A stretch of DNA of 35,679 nucleotides from Rhizobacter sp. (GTDB taxonomy: Bacteria > Pseudomonadota > Gammaproteobacteria > Burkholderiales > Burkholderiaceae_C). Of this stretch, positions 10,724 to 19,911 are shown in pieces (the first letter of the stretch is position 1; each line of letters begins with the position of its first letter). The notes under the pieces were generated by a model. The model was not told the origin of the DNA. It worked only from the letters and a program-made list of their open reading frames with translations, and searched no databases. A program made the position numbers and the translations under genes. The stretch spans positions 1-35,679 of the forward strand of contig DASWSY010000088.1 in assembly GCA_036402415.1 (NCBI GenBank). The letters are read 5' to 3'.

Positions 10724-11683
10724 TCAGTCGACCGTGGCGCCGGAATCCTTCACCACCTTGGCCCACTTGCTGATCTCACGCTGCTGGTAGGCGGCGAGCT
10801 CGGCCGGCGTGCCGGGCGAGGGTTCGAGGCCGATGTCGAGCAGCTTCTTGCTGACCTCGGGCGACTTCATGATCCTGCCGACCTCGGCGGAGAGCTTGTC
10901 GGTCACCGCCTTGGGCATGTTGGCCGGGCCGAAGAGCGCGAACCACGACACCGCCTCGAAGCCGGGCAGGCCCTGCTCGGCGATGGTGGGGATGTCGGGT
11001 GCGGCGGCCGAGCGCTTGGCGCTCGTCACGCCGATCGCGCGCAGCTTGCCTTCCTTCACCAGCGGCAGGCTGGAGGGCATGTTGTCGAACATCATCGTCA
11101 CGCGGCCGCCCAGCAGGTCGGGGATCGCCCCGGCGCGGCCCTTGTACGGGATGTGCTCCATCGGCATGCCGGTCATGCTCTTGAAGAGTTCGCCCGAGAC
11201 ATGGATGGAGGTGCCCGCGCCCGAGGAGGCGAAGGTCAGCTTGCCGTCCTTCTTGCCGTGGGCGATGAGCTCATTCACGTTCTTCGCCGGCACGTCGTTG
11301 TGCACGACGAGCATGTTGGGCGTGGTGGCGAGCAGGGTGATGGGGGTGAAGTCCTTCACCATGTCGTAGGGCATCTTCTTGTAGAGCGCACCGTTGATCG
11401 AGTGCGTGCCCACCGTGCCCACCACCACCGTGTAGCCGTCGGGCGCGGCCTTGGCCACTGCGTCGGCCCCGGTGTTGCCGCCCGCACCGGGCTTGTTGTC
11501 GATGATGGTCGGCACGTTCCACGCGGCGGTGAGCTTCTCGCCGATGAGGCGCGCGATGATGTCGGGCGCACCGCCGGTGGTGAAGGTCACGACGATGTGG
11601 ATGGGCTTGTCGGGATAGGCCTGGGCCATCGCGGTGCTGGCGGCCAGGGTCATCGTGGCAACGCAAATCGCTTTCATCAGCAT
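10724..11683 (-). CDS. Bug/TctC tripartite tricarboxylate transporter substrate-binding protein
   Basis: YPDKPIHIVV.F..GGAPDIIAR, NKPGAGG, PDGYT, HIPYKG; RBS GGAGA upstream. Confidence 0.92.
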   Translation of the reverse strand: MLMKAICVATMTLAASTAMAQAYPDKPIHIVVTFTTGGAPDIIARLIGEKLTAAWNVPTIIDNKPGAGGNTGADAVAKAAPDGYTVVVGTVGTHSINGALYKKMPYDMVKDFTPITLLATTPNMLVVHNDVPAKNVNELIAHGKKDGKLTFASSGAGTSIHVSGELFKSMTGMPMEHIPYKGRAGAIPDLLGGRVTMMFDNMPSSLPLVKEGKLRAIGVTSAKRSAAAPDIPTIAEQGLPGFEAVSWFALFGPANMPKAVTDKLSAEVGRIMKSPEVSKKLLDIGLEPSPGTPAELAAYQQREISKWAKVVKDSGATVD

Positions 11684-12018
11684 GAAGGGATCTCCTGGGT
11701 GGGTGCGCATGGGGCGATGACGGAGCGCTCGGGCAGCGTCAAGCCGCGACGCGTCAAAGCGTGCTGCAGTCGTGACATCCTGGGCACAGCCATCTGGAGT
11801 GAACAGGCACTGACCATGGTGCGGCGTTTGAGAGGGCGTGTCACTCAAGGACTTCCAGAGGCCGGGGTGTCGTGCAGGTGACAGGCGCTGATGTGCATCA
11901 ACTCACGCGAGCTCGCTTTCTGTTAGCACACCCATGCTCAAACGCTGGTGTTAGTGGCCTCCTTGCCGCGACCATAGTGGCCTGCATCCCGGCTCCCTCC
12001 CCAGACTTCCACGTGACC

Positions 12019-14133
12019 ATGCACCCCGAACCGCAAGCCCTGGACGCGCTCCTGCCGGCGCGCGCCCTCGACGCCTTGTACGAGGAGTCGGCGCGCGGGC
12101 TCGACCCGATCGGCCACCTGAGCTGGGACGACAGCGGTGGTGCGTTGCACGCCACACCGGTCGCCATGCGGATCCTCGGCCTGCGCGCAGGCGACACGCC
12201 CACCGTGCGCGGCCTGCTCGCGATGGTGCGGCGCAGCCGCCAGGCGGCCTTGCTCACCACCTGGAGCGAAGCGGTGGGCCTGCGCCAGCGGCGCGTCGAG
12301 ATGGAATTGCCGGTGGCGCTGGCCAGCGGGGCGCTGCGCCACGTGCGCATCGTCGCGGTGGTGACGTACACCCCGCAGGGCAAGGTGCACCAGGTCGTGG
12401 CGGCGCTGCAGGACGTGACCCTCGCGCAGCAGTTGTCGGTGGCGCTGGGCGCTGCCGAAGCGCGGCTCGAGGAAGCGCAGCAGATGGCCGACTTCGGCTC
12501 CTGGGAGTGGGACTTCCAGCGCAACCGCGCGATCTACTCGGCCGAGGCCTTGCGCATCACCGGCATGTCGAATTCGGCCACCGTGTCGTCGGGCCTCGAC
12601 CAGGCGGCGGCGCTGATCCCCGCCGAGCAGCGCGAGGCGGTGGTCGAGATGTTCAAGCGTGCGGTGCGCGAGCGCCTGCCGACGGTGCGCTACGACTACC
12701 ACGTCGCCGATGCCGCGGGCCAGCGCCGCGAGCTGCATGGCCGCGCCAAGCTGGTCTACGACGGTGGCGGCAGGCTGCGGCGCATGCTCGGCACCATCCA
12801 GGACGTGACCGAGCTGCGCGACTACCGCCGGCAGGTGCATTCACTCGCCTTCTTCGACCCCGTCACCGCGCTGCCGAACCGGAGCTGGCTGATCGAGCGC
12901 ATGCACCAGGCCCTGTCGCAGGGCACGCAGGGCCACCCGGTCGAGTTCGGCATGCTGATGCTGGGGCTCGACCAGTTCAAGAAGGTCAACGACTCGCTGG
13001 GCCATTCGGCCGGCGACGAACTGTTGAAGCTCGTGGGCGCGCGCCTGTCGCACTCGATGCGCGAGACCGACGTGGTGGCGCGCCTCACCGGCGACGCGTT
13101 CGCCATCCTCGCCCCGGAAGTGCGCCAGGCCGATGCGCTGGCGCGCGTGGCGAGCAAGCTGCTCCAGGCCCTCTCGGCACCGTTCGACCTGAACGGCACC
13201 GACGTCTTCGTCACCGCCAGCATCGGCGCGGCGCTCTACCCGAGCGACGGCAACAGCGCCGAAGCCCTGCTGCAGCATGCCGACGCCGCGCTCTCGCACG
13301 CCAAGGGCCGTGGCCGCAACAACGTGCAGTTCTATTCGCCGCAGCTCACCGCGCAGGCCTCGCACCGCCTCATGCTCGAGAGCGAGCTGCGCCGTGGCGT
13401 CGAGCGGCAGGAGCTGCTGCTGCACTACCAGCCCAAGTTCGACCTCGCCACGCAGAAGCTCGTGGGCGCCGAAGCGCTGATGCGCTGGTGCCAGCCGCAG
13501 CGCGGCATGGTGTCGCCGATGAGCTTCATCCCGCTCGCCGAAGAAACCGGCCTCATCGTGCGCATGGGCACCTGGGCGCTGCACGAGGCCTGCCACGCGG
13601 TCGCGAGCTGGAACCGCGAGCGCGCGGCCGACCCTCTGAAGATTGCAGTCAACCTCTCGGCCCGCCAGTTCGCCGAAGGGCACGACATCGTCGAAGCGGT
13701 GCAGGGCGCCTTGACCGCCAGCGCCAGCAAGCCGGAGTGGCTGGAGCTCGAGATCACCGAAAGCCTGCTGCTCGACGGCAGCGAAGGGGTGCGACAAAGC
13801 CTGGAGGCCCTGGCCGCGATGGGCATCACCATCGCGATCGACGACTTCGGCACCGGCTACTCGGCGCTCGGCTACCTCACGCGCCTGCCGGTGCAGACCT
13901 TGAAGATCGACCGCAGCTTCGTGGCGGAGCTGCCGCACAACAGCAAGAGCGCGGAGCTCGTGAAGGCCATCGTGTCGGTGGGGCGCTCGCTCAACATGGC
14001 GCTGGTGGCCGAGGGGGTCGAGACGGTGGAGCAGGCCGAATACCTGAAGAACGCCGGATGCCATCTGGCGCAGGGCTACCTGTTTGGCCGTCCGCTGGAG
14101 ATGGCGGCGTTTGACAAGCTGCTGAGTTCTTAG
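12019..14133 (+). CDS. PAS-PAS-GGDEF(degenerate)-EAL protein, probable c-di-GMP phosphodiesterase
   Basis: PAS/PAC (GSWEWD, GTIQDVTE); GGDEF position reads TGDAF; EAL intact (EALMRW, ELEITES, DDFGTGYS, VAEGVET, QGY). Confidence 0.88.
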   Translation: MHPEPQALDALLPARALDALYEESARGLDPIGHLSWDDSGGALHATPVAMRILGLRAGDTPTVRGLLAMVRRSRQAALLTTWSEAVGLRQRRVEMELPVALASGALRHVRIVAVVTYTPQGKVHQVVAALQDVTLAQQLSVALGAAEARLEEAQQMADFGSWEWDFQRNRAIYSAEALRITGMSNSATVSSGLDQAAALIPAEQREAVVEMFKRAVRERLPTVRYDYHVADAAGQRRELHGRAKLVYDGGGRLRRMLGTIQDVTELRDYRRQVHSLAFFDPVTALPNRSWLIERMHQALSQGTQGHPVEFGMLMLGLDQFKKVNDSLGHSAGDELLKLVGARLSHSMRETDVVARLTGDAFAILAPEVRQADALARVASKLLQALSAPFDLNGTDVFVTASIGAALYPSDGNSAEALLQHADAALSHAKGRGRNNVQFYSPQLTAQASHRLMLESELRRGVERQELLLHYQPKFDLATQKLVGAEALMRWCQPQRGMVSPMSFIPLAEETGLIVRMGTWALHEACHAVASWNRERAADPLKIAVNLSARQFAEGHDIVEAVQGALTASASKPEWLELEITESLLLDGSEGVRQSLEALAAMGITIAIDDFGTGYSALGYLTRLPVQTLKIDRSFVAELPHNSKSAELVKAIVSVGRSLNMALVAEGVETVEQAEYLKNAGCHLAQGYLFGRPLEMAAFDKLLSS

Positions 14134-14211
14134 GGCCCCCCAGTCGCTACCGCTCCTGCCCCCGAGGGGCGCCACCCTTCGGCCCGGCAGAGCCGGATCC
14201 TCGGGTGTGGC
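14134..14211. repeat. Multi-hairpin extragenic palindromic (REP-like) element between convergent genes
   Basis: GCCCC-CGA-GGGGC (14158-14170); GCCACCC..GGGTGTGGC (14171-14211) enclosing CCGGC-AGA-GCCGG. Single copy in this window. Confidence 0.45.
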
Positions 14212-14241
14212 TCGATCGGTCGCTCGGGGCTCGCTCCGGGT

Positions 14242-15690
14242 TCAGATGGCCGTGGCGTGATGGGCATCCGTCGTCGTTGCGGGTGCGGTCGCTCGCAAGA
14301 GGCCGGAACCGATCAGGGCTGCCGCGGCGGCGAAGCATGCACCGACGATGAACGCCATGGCGTAACCCCCGCTCAACGCGGCCGGCATGCTGGCGCCGGC
14401 CGCGAGCAGTGCATCGCGCTTCGCATCGGCCAGGCTCGCGAGCACCGCGAGGCCGAGCGCGCCGCCCATCATGAAGGAGGTGTTGACGATGCCCGAGGCC
14501 AGGCCCGAATCGGCGGGTGACACGTCGCTCATCGCCGCCAGCAGCACCGGGTTGAACGCGATGCCCGCCCCGAGCCCCAGCAGCGTCATGCCGGGCAGCA
14601 CGTCGAGCCAGAAGCTGCCGTTGACCGGCGCGCGCGCAAAGAGCGCAAGCCCCACGGCCGCCGTCAGCAGGCCCACGCCGAGCGGGGCGCGCAGGCCGAA
14701 GCGCATCACGAGCTTGGCCGAGAGGCCCAGCGAGAACACCGCCATGATGATGTTGGCCGGGAGGAACGCCAGCCCCACCTGCATCGGCGTGTACTTGAGC
14801 ACGAGCTGCAGGTACAGCGCCGAGATGAAGAACCAGGCGAACATGCCCGCGGCCCACAGCACGCCGACCACGTTCGAGGTGGCGAGGTTGCGCGAACGGA
14901 AGAGCTTGAGCGGCATCAGCGGGTGCTGCACGCGCGCTTCGATCACCACGAACAGCACCAGCAGCACGAGGGCAAGGCCCAGCAGGCCGAGCGTCTGCGC
15001 CGAGCGCCAGCCGGCCTGGTTGCCGTTGACCACCGCATAGACCGCCAGCAGCATCGCCACCGTCACGGTGATGGCGCCGCCCACGTCGAGCTTCTCGCCG
15101 TGGGCCTGGCCCCGCGCCTTGGGGAAGAGGCCCATGGCCAGGCCGTAGACCAGCGCGCCGATGGGCAGGTTGACGAGGAAGATCCAGTGCCAGTTGAAGC
15201 CCTCGGTGAGCACGCCGCCCAGCAGCACGCCCACGCTGCCGCCGCCCGCGCAGACGAAACCATAGACGCCCATCGCCTTGGCGCGGTCGGCCGGGGCGGT
15301 GAAGAGGTTCATGATCAGCGAGAGCGACACCGCCGACACCACCGCACCGCCGACGCCTTGCACGGCTCGCGCGACGATCAGCATCGCCTGGCTCTGGGCC
15401 AGGCCGCAGGCGGCCGACGCCAGCGTGAACAGCACGATGCCCGCCAGGAAGAGCCGGCGGTGGCCGTACAGGTCACCGAGCCGACCCCCCAGCAGCAGGA
15501 AGCCGCCGAAGGTCAGCATGTAGGCGTTGACCACCCACACCAGCGAGGTTTCGGTGAAGCCGAGGTCGGCGCGGATGGAGGGCAGGGCGACGTTCACGAT
15601 GGTCGTGTCGAGCACGATCATCAGCACGCCGACGCACAGCACGGCCAGGGCCGTCCAGCGCTTCTTGTCGTCGAGGGCGGGGGTGGTCAT
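14242..15690 (-). CDS. DHA2 (EmrB/QacA) family MFS efflux permease
   Basis: LDTTIVNVALPSI, WVVNAYML, GGRLGDLYGHRR, WHWIFLVNLPIG; about 14 TMs. Confidence 0.9.
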   Translation of the reverse strand: MTTPALDDKKRWTALAVLCVGVLMIVLDTTIVNVALPSIRADLGFTETSLVWVVNAYMLTFGGFLLLGGRLGDLYGHRRLFLAGIVLFTLASAACGLAQSQAMLIVARAVQGVGGAVVSAVSLSLIMNLFTAPADRAKAMGVYGFVCAGGGSVGVLLGGVLTEGFNWHWIFLVNLPIGALVYGLAMGLFPKARGQAHGEKLDVGGAITVTVAMLLAVYAVVNGNQAGWRSAQTLGLLGLALVLLVLFVVIEARVQHPLMPLKLFRSRNLATSNVVGVLWAAGMFAWFFISALYLQLVLKYTPMQVGLAFLPANIIMAVFSLGLSAKLVMRFGLRAPLGVGLLTAAVGLALFARAPVNGSFWLDVLPGMTLLGLGAGIAFNPVLLAAMSDVSPADSGLASGIVNTSFMMGGALGLAVLASLADAKRDALLAAGASMPAALSGGYAMAFIVGACFAAAAALIGSGLLRATAPATTTDAHHATAI

Positions 15691-15698
15691 GGGGCCGG

Positions 15699-16142
15699 TC
15701 AGCCCATTTCTTTCGGACCGCCGTTGATCAGCCAGCAGGTGCCGAAGCGGTCGACCACGGCGCCGAAGGTCTTGGCCCAGAAGGTTTCGGCCAGCGGCAT
15801 GTCGACACGGCCGCCGGTGGCCAGCGTGTCGAACACCTTGCGCGCCTCGTCGACGGTCTCGTAGCCCAGCGTGAGGGCCACGCCCTTCTGCCCCTCGTAG
15901 GTCTGGCCGGGCATGGTGTCGGAGGCGAGGATGCGCTGCTGCCCGAGCAGCAGCGAGGCGTGCAGGATGCGGTCGGCCACCTCGGCCGGCGATCCCGGCG
16001 GCGGGCACATCGACGGATCGGGCGATTCCGACATCTTCATCATCATCTCCAGCTTGCCGCCCAGCGTCTTCTCGTAGAAGCGCATGGCCTCGGCACAGTT
16101 GCCGTCGAAGTTCAGATAGGGATCGAGGGTGGGCGTGCTCAT
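15699..16142 (-). CDS. VOC-family protein (PhnB/YjdN-like)
   Basis: PYLNFDGNCAEAMRFY...ILHA...ASD...TFWAKTFGAVVDRFG. Confidence 0.88.
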   Translation of the reverse strand: MSTPTLDPYLNFDGNCAEAMRFYEKTLGGKLEMMMKMSESPDPSMCPPPGSPAEVADRILHASLLLGQQRILASDTMPGQTYEGQKGVALTLGYETVDEARKVFDTLATGGRVDMPLAETFWAKTFGAVVDRFGTCWLINGGPKEMG

Positions 16143-16189
16143 GTGCGGCTCCTGGAGGTGAAGAGGAGCGTGCAGTCTAGGCATGTTAG

Positions 16190-16223
16190 TCCTGAAAAAC
16201 AACTGACAAGTTGCAAGTCAGGA
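16190..16223. promoter_or_regulatory. 34-bp nested inverted repeat, candidate operator
   Basis: TCCTGA-AAAA-CAACT-GACA-AGTTG-CAAG-TCAGGA, both arm pairs sharing one centre, between divergent genes. Confidence 0.6.
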
Positions 16224-16243
16224 TTTGGCGGTAGACTGCCCGC

Positions 16244-16918
16244 ATGAGCTTCAAGCGCAGTTACGAAGACGGGTGCGCCGCCGCCCATGCCCTCGACCTG
16301 GTGGGCGAGCGCTGGGCGCTCTTGATCGTGCGCGAACTGGTGTTCGGGGCCAAGCGCTTCACCGACCTGCGCGCGGGCCTGCCGGGCATCAGCCCCAACG
16401 TGCTGACCCTGCGGCTCGAAGAGCTGGAGCACGCTGCGGTGCTGCGGCGACGCCGCCTGCTGCCGCCGGCGGCCACTTCGGTCTACGAACTCACCGAGTG
16501 GGGGCACGAGCTCGCGCCCATCCTGCTCGCCTTGGGGCGCTGGGGTGCGCGGTCGCCCCTGCTGACGGCGGGGCAGCCGGTGTCGACGGCGTCGCTGATG
16601 ATGTCGCTGCAGGCGATGTTCGACGCCGAAGCAGCAGGTGATGTGTCGGGCACCCTCGGCCTGTGCATGGGCGACGAGCGCTTCCATGCCCGCCTTTCAC
16701 GCGGGCGCCTGACGCTCGCGCGCGGCGAGGCGGCGGCGCCCGATGCGGTGATCACCGGCTCGGCCCAGGCCCTGGCGGGCGTGGTCTACGAGGGGCGCAA
16801 GTTGGCCGAGGTGTTGAAATCGGGCGAGCTGGCAGTGGAGGGCGACAAGGCGCTGGTGCGCCGTTTCGTCACGCTCTTCACGCTGCCGGAGCCTGCCCCG
16901 TCGGCCGCACCGGCCTGA
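16244..16918 (+). CDS. HxlR-family wHTH regulator with C-terminal SCP2-like domain
   Basis: Y..GCAAAHALDLVGERWALLIVREL..G.KRF.DL...LPGIS; C-terminal PDAVITG...GELAVEGD. Confidence 0.88.
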   Translation: MSFKRSYEDGCAAAHALDLVGERWALLIVRELVFGAKRFTDLRAGLPGISPNVLTLRLEELEHAAVLRRRRLLPPAATSVYELTEWGHELAPILLALGRWGARSPLLTAGQPVSTASLMMSLQAMFDAEAAGDVSGTLGLCMGDERFHARLSRGRLTLARGEAAAPDAVITGSAQALAGVVYEGRKLAEVLKSGELAVEGDKALVRRFVTLFTLPEPAPSAAPA

Positions 16919-16948
16919 GCAGGCCGCGCGCGGTCGATTCAGGCAGCG

Positions 16949-17218
16949 TCAGGAATCGAGCGGGGCCAGGCGTTCGGACATCTGCTGGCAGATCGTGCTG
17001 CCGAGCGCGCTCACGCGAAGCTGTCCGCCGTGCCACTCGAGCCAGCCGAGGGCGACGTAGTTGTCGATGAAGGTTTCGTCCACGAGGTCGGCGCGGCGAC
17101 GCTGCAGCAGGTCGACCGTGTCCAGCAGCGCATCGCGCAGGACTTCATGGCGGGTCAGGCCAGCATGGGCCGCGGCGGGGTGGTGACGACCGTAGGGCTG
17201 TGCAGTGGCAAACGACAT
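16949..17218 (-). CDS. Small hypothetical protein
   Basis: 89 aa, GGAG RBS, GC3-rich codons; motif IDNYVALGWLEWHGGQLRVS..G (winged-helix-like end). Confidence 0.65.
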   Translation of the reverse strand: MSFATAQPYGRHHPAAAHAGLTRHEVLRDALLDTVDLLQRRRADLVDETFIDNYVALGWLEWHGGQLRVSALGSTICQQMSERLAPLDS

Positions 17219-17340
17219 GCGGTACTCCGTGAGTGGGTGACAACGTTGGTGCCATCCTGTCGCAAGCGGCGCGCTTTGCCTGTAGGACAACCGGCCGGTT
17301 CTCAGTCATCGGCTGGCGGATTTGCGGCGCTGCAACAATT

Positions 17341-18207
17341 TCACACCATCGGGCGGCGCAATGTCGCGATGACCAGCTCGTGCAGGGCCTCGGCGGCGGC
17401 CGAGCCGCGCGAGGCCTTGCTGCGCAGCGCGGCGACCTCCATGGCCGGCAGCGCGGGCAGCCCGTGCCGCTCGTTCAGCACCATCAACCCGGCCGGCACG
17501 CTGCAGCGCGTGAGGGCCGCCACCGCCAGCCCGCTTTCCACCGCCGCCACGTGGCCCGGCAGGCTGGAGCTGTTGTAGACGATGCGGTGGCGGCGCCCCT
17601 GCGCCGAAAGCGCCTCCAGCGCGCCGCGCCGCGCCAGGCTGCCGGGTTCGTAGATGGCGACCGGCAGCGGCTCGCGCCGCCACACCTCGTGCTGCGCCGC
17701 GCCCACCCACACCAGCGGCTCGAGGAAGAGCAGCGTGCCGCGCTGCGGACGGTCGCGCGTGACCACGGCCAGGTCGAGCTCGCCCCGCTGCAGCTTCGGG
17801 ATGAGCAGCGTCGACTGCTCGCAGACCAAGGTGAGCTCCACGCCGGCGTGGCGGGCGGCAAAGCTGCGCAGCACCGGCGCGAGGTAGGCCACGGCGTAGT
17901 CGTCCGGCACCCCGAGCGTGACGCGGCCTGCGAGCGCCGGGCCGCGCAGCGCCGCCACCGCGTCGTCGTGCAGGGCCAGGAGGCGGCGCGCGTGGCCGAG
18001 CAGCTCCTGGCCGCTCGGCGTCAGTTCCATCAGGCGCGGCCCGCGGCTCAGCACCGGGCGGCCGATGGCTTCTTCCAGCTTCTTGAGCTGCATGCTCAGC
18101 GCCGACTGCGAGCGGTGCACCCTCGGTGCGGCGGCGGTGAGCGAGCCCGCATCGACGACGGTCACGAAGGCACGCAGCCAGTCGAGCTGAAGATCGGTGG
18201 AGGCCAT
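17341..18207 (-). CDS. LysR-family regulator (LrhA-like)
   Basis: LRAFVTVVDAGSLTAAA..VHRSQSALSMQLKKLEE; LGVPDDYA. Confidence 0.9.
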   Translation of the reverse strand: MASTDLQLDWLRAFVTVVDAGSLTAAAPRVHRSQSALSMQLKKLEEAIGRPVLSRGPRLMELTPSGQELLGHARRLLALHDDAVAALRGPALAGRVTLGVPDDYAVAYLAPVLRSFAARHAGVELTLVCEQSTLLIPKLQRGELDLAVVTRDRPQRGTLLFLEPLVWVGAAQHEVWRREPLPVAIYEPGSLARRGALEALSAQGRRHRIVYNSSSLPGHVAAVESGLAVAALTRCSVPAGLMVLNERHGLPALPAMEVAALRSKASRGSAAAEALHELVIATLRRPMV

Positions 18208-18222
18208 GGTGTCGCGCCCGAG

Positions 18223-18239
18223 CATTCGAAAAACGAATG
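18223..18239. promoter_or_regulatory. LysR box
   Basis: Perfect inverted repeat CATTCG-AAAAA-CGAATG with T18225-N11-A18237, between divergent LysR and DMT. Confidence 0.7.
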
Positions 18240-18296
18240 GTAGTCCTTCGAACGATGCGCTTTACGGGACGTTGGGGCGGCGACACAGTCGCTTTC

Positions 18297-19229
18297 ATGA
18301 AGCCCGCCGCCGACTCCGCTGCCCACGGCACCACCCTGATGGTGGCCGGCGGCTTGCTGCTGGGCACGCTGGGAGTCTTCGTCGAGGAAGCCGGCGCGCA
18401 CCCGCTCACCACCGTGTGGGGCCGCTGCGCCTTCGGCCTGTTGGCGCTCACGGTGTGGAGCCTGGCGGCGCGGCGCGGAAGCGAGTTGCGCCTGCCCTGG
18501 CGCGCGTGGCGCTGGGCCGTGGCCGCGGCGCTGCTGATGATCGCGAACTGGGCGCTCTTCTTCGCCGCCATCCCGCGCACCTCCATCGGCGTGGCGACCG
18601 TGGTCTTCCACGTGCAGCCGCTGTGGGTGCTCGTGCTGGGCGCGTGGTGGTGGCGCGAGCCGGTGACCGGGCGGCAGTGGGGCGCGGTGCTGCTTGCGCT
18701 GGGCGGACTGGGCCTTGCCTCCGGCCTCGTCGACGAAGCCTGGCCGGCCGACGCCGGGGCCTACGCCGCAGGGCTCCTGATGTGCCTGGGCGGATCGTTG
18801 AGCTATGCGCTCGTCACGCTGATCGCCAAGGCGGCACGAGAGGTCAGCTCGTTGTCGATGGCGTGGTGGCAGTGCCTCGTCGGCACGCTGCTGCTCGCGG
18901 CGTGGCCGCTGTGGCACGGCTGGCCGGCCACGCCCGATGCGTGGGCCTGGCTCGCCGGCCTGGGCGTGCTCCACACCGGCCTGGCCTATGTGATCCTGTA
19001 CGCGGGCATGGCCCGGCTGCCCACGCACCGCATCGCGGTGCTGCAGTTCGTCTACCCGCTGGCGGCGATCGTGGTCGACTGGCTCGTCTACGGTCGCGCC
19101 CTGAGCCCCGTGCAGATCGCCGGCACGGCGCTGATGGCGCTGGCCCTGCTGAGCCTCACGCGCGAGCCGCGCCCGCTCACTCGTTCTGCACCGCCTCGAC
19201 CGAGATGCGCAGGCCGACGTCCATCTTGA
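18297..19229 (+). CDS. DMT/EamA-family transporter
   Basis: About 10 TMs, two EamA repeats (TSIGVATVVFHVQP; LGVLHTGLAY; LQFVYP). Confidence 0.88.
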   Translation: MKPAADSAAHGTTLMVAGGLLLGTLGVFVEEAGAHPLTTVWGRCAFGLLALTVWSLAARRGSELRLPWRAWRWAVAAALLMIANWALFFAAIPRTSIGVATVVFHVQPLWVLVLGAWWWREPVTGRQWGAVLLALGGLGLASGLVDEAWPADAGAYAAGLLMCLGGSLSYALVTLIAKAAREVSSLSMAWWQCLVGTLLLAAWPLWHGWPATPDAWAWLAGLGVLHTGLAYVILYAGMARLPTHRIAVLQFVYPLAAIVVDWLVYGRALSPVQIAGTALMALALLSLTREPRPLTRSAPPRPRCAGRRPS

Positions 19230-19752
19230 AGCCCCAATCCTTGCCGGCGTCGATGCCGAAGTCGGCGCGGTTGATCGTGGCCGAGGCGTCGGCACCGCAC
19301 CAGTCGCGCTTGAGCATCGGGTGCGGCATGCACTTGAAGGTGTTGATGGTGAGCGTGACCGGTTTCGTCACGCCGTGCAGCGTGAGCTCGCCCACCACGC
19401 GCGTGGGCGCGCCGTTCTGGAAGCCTTCGAGCCGGCCGGTGTAGCGGGCCTGCGGGAACCGGGCGGTGTCGAAGAGATCCGGTTCGCGCGCCTTGCTGTT
19501 CATGATGTCGAGGCCGAAGTCGATGCTCGCCATGTCCATCGTGATGTCGACCCTGCCCGTGCCGGCGGCCTTGTCGAGCGTGATGGTGCCGGCGTTCCGG
19601 TTGATCTTGCCGCGCCACATCGACATGCCCATGTGGTCGGCCTCGAAGCTCGGAAAGGTGTGCATCGGGTCGACCGCGTAGGTGGCCGGGGCGGCCACCG
19701 CGGCCGTGCCCGAGAGCACCAGCAGGGCGAGGCAGGTGGATCGTGGCGTCAT
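19177..19752 (-). CDS. YceI-family periplasmic polyisoprenoid-binding protein
   Basis: Signal peptide, Y.VDPMHT, GELTLHGVTKPVTL, INRADFGI. Confidence 0.9.
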   Translation of the reverse strand: MTPRSTCLALLVLSGTAAVAAPATYAVDPMHTFPSFEADHMGMSMWRGKINRNAGTITLDKAAGTGRVDITMDMASIDFGLDIMNSKAREPDLFDTARFPQARYTGRLEGFQNGAPTRVVGELTLHGVTKPVTLTINTFKCMPHPMLKRDWCGADASATINRADFGIDAGKDWGFKMDVGLRISVEAVQNE

Positions 19753-19911
19753 CGGGGCTCCAGGTGTCGGCAGTCGGCAGGGCCAGATGGTGCCACGCGA
19801 GGCACGGCCCGGTGGGCTCGCTCCGCAGAACGACCGTGTCCGCTGAGCGTCAGCGCAAAACCGCGTGGCCGGCTACGATGGTCAGATGATGACCGTCATC
19901 CTTCGGGGTCC

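Noticed and set aside
11684-12018. Long, somewhat less GC-rich intergenic region as a riboswitch or sRNA (e.g. c-di-GMP riboswitch)
   Set aside because: No recognisable aptamer motif or terminator; consistent with divergent promoters. An Rfam scan would settle it.
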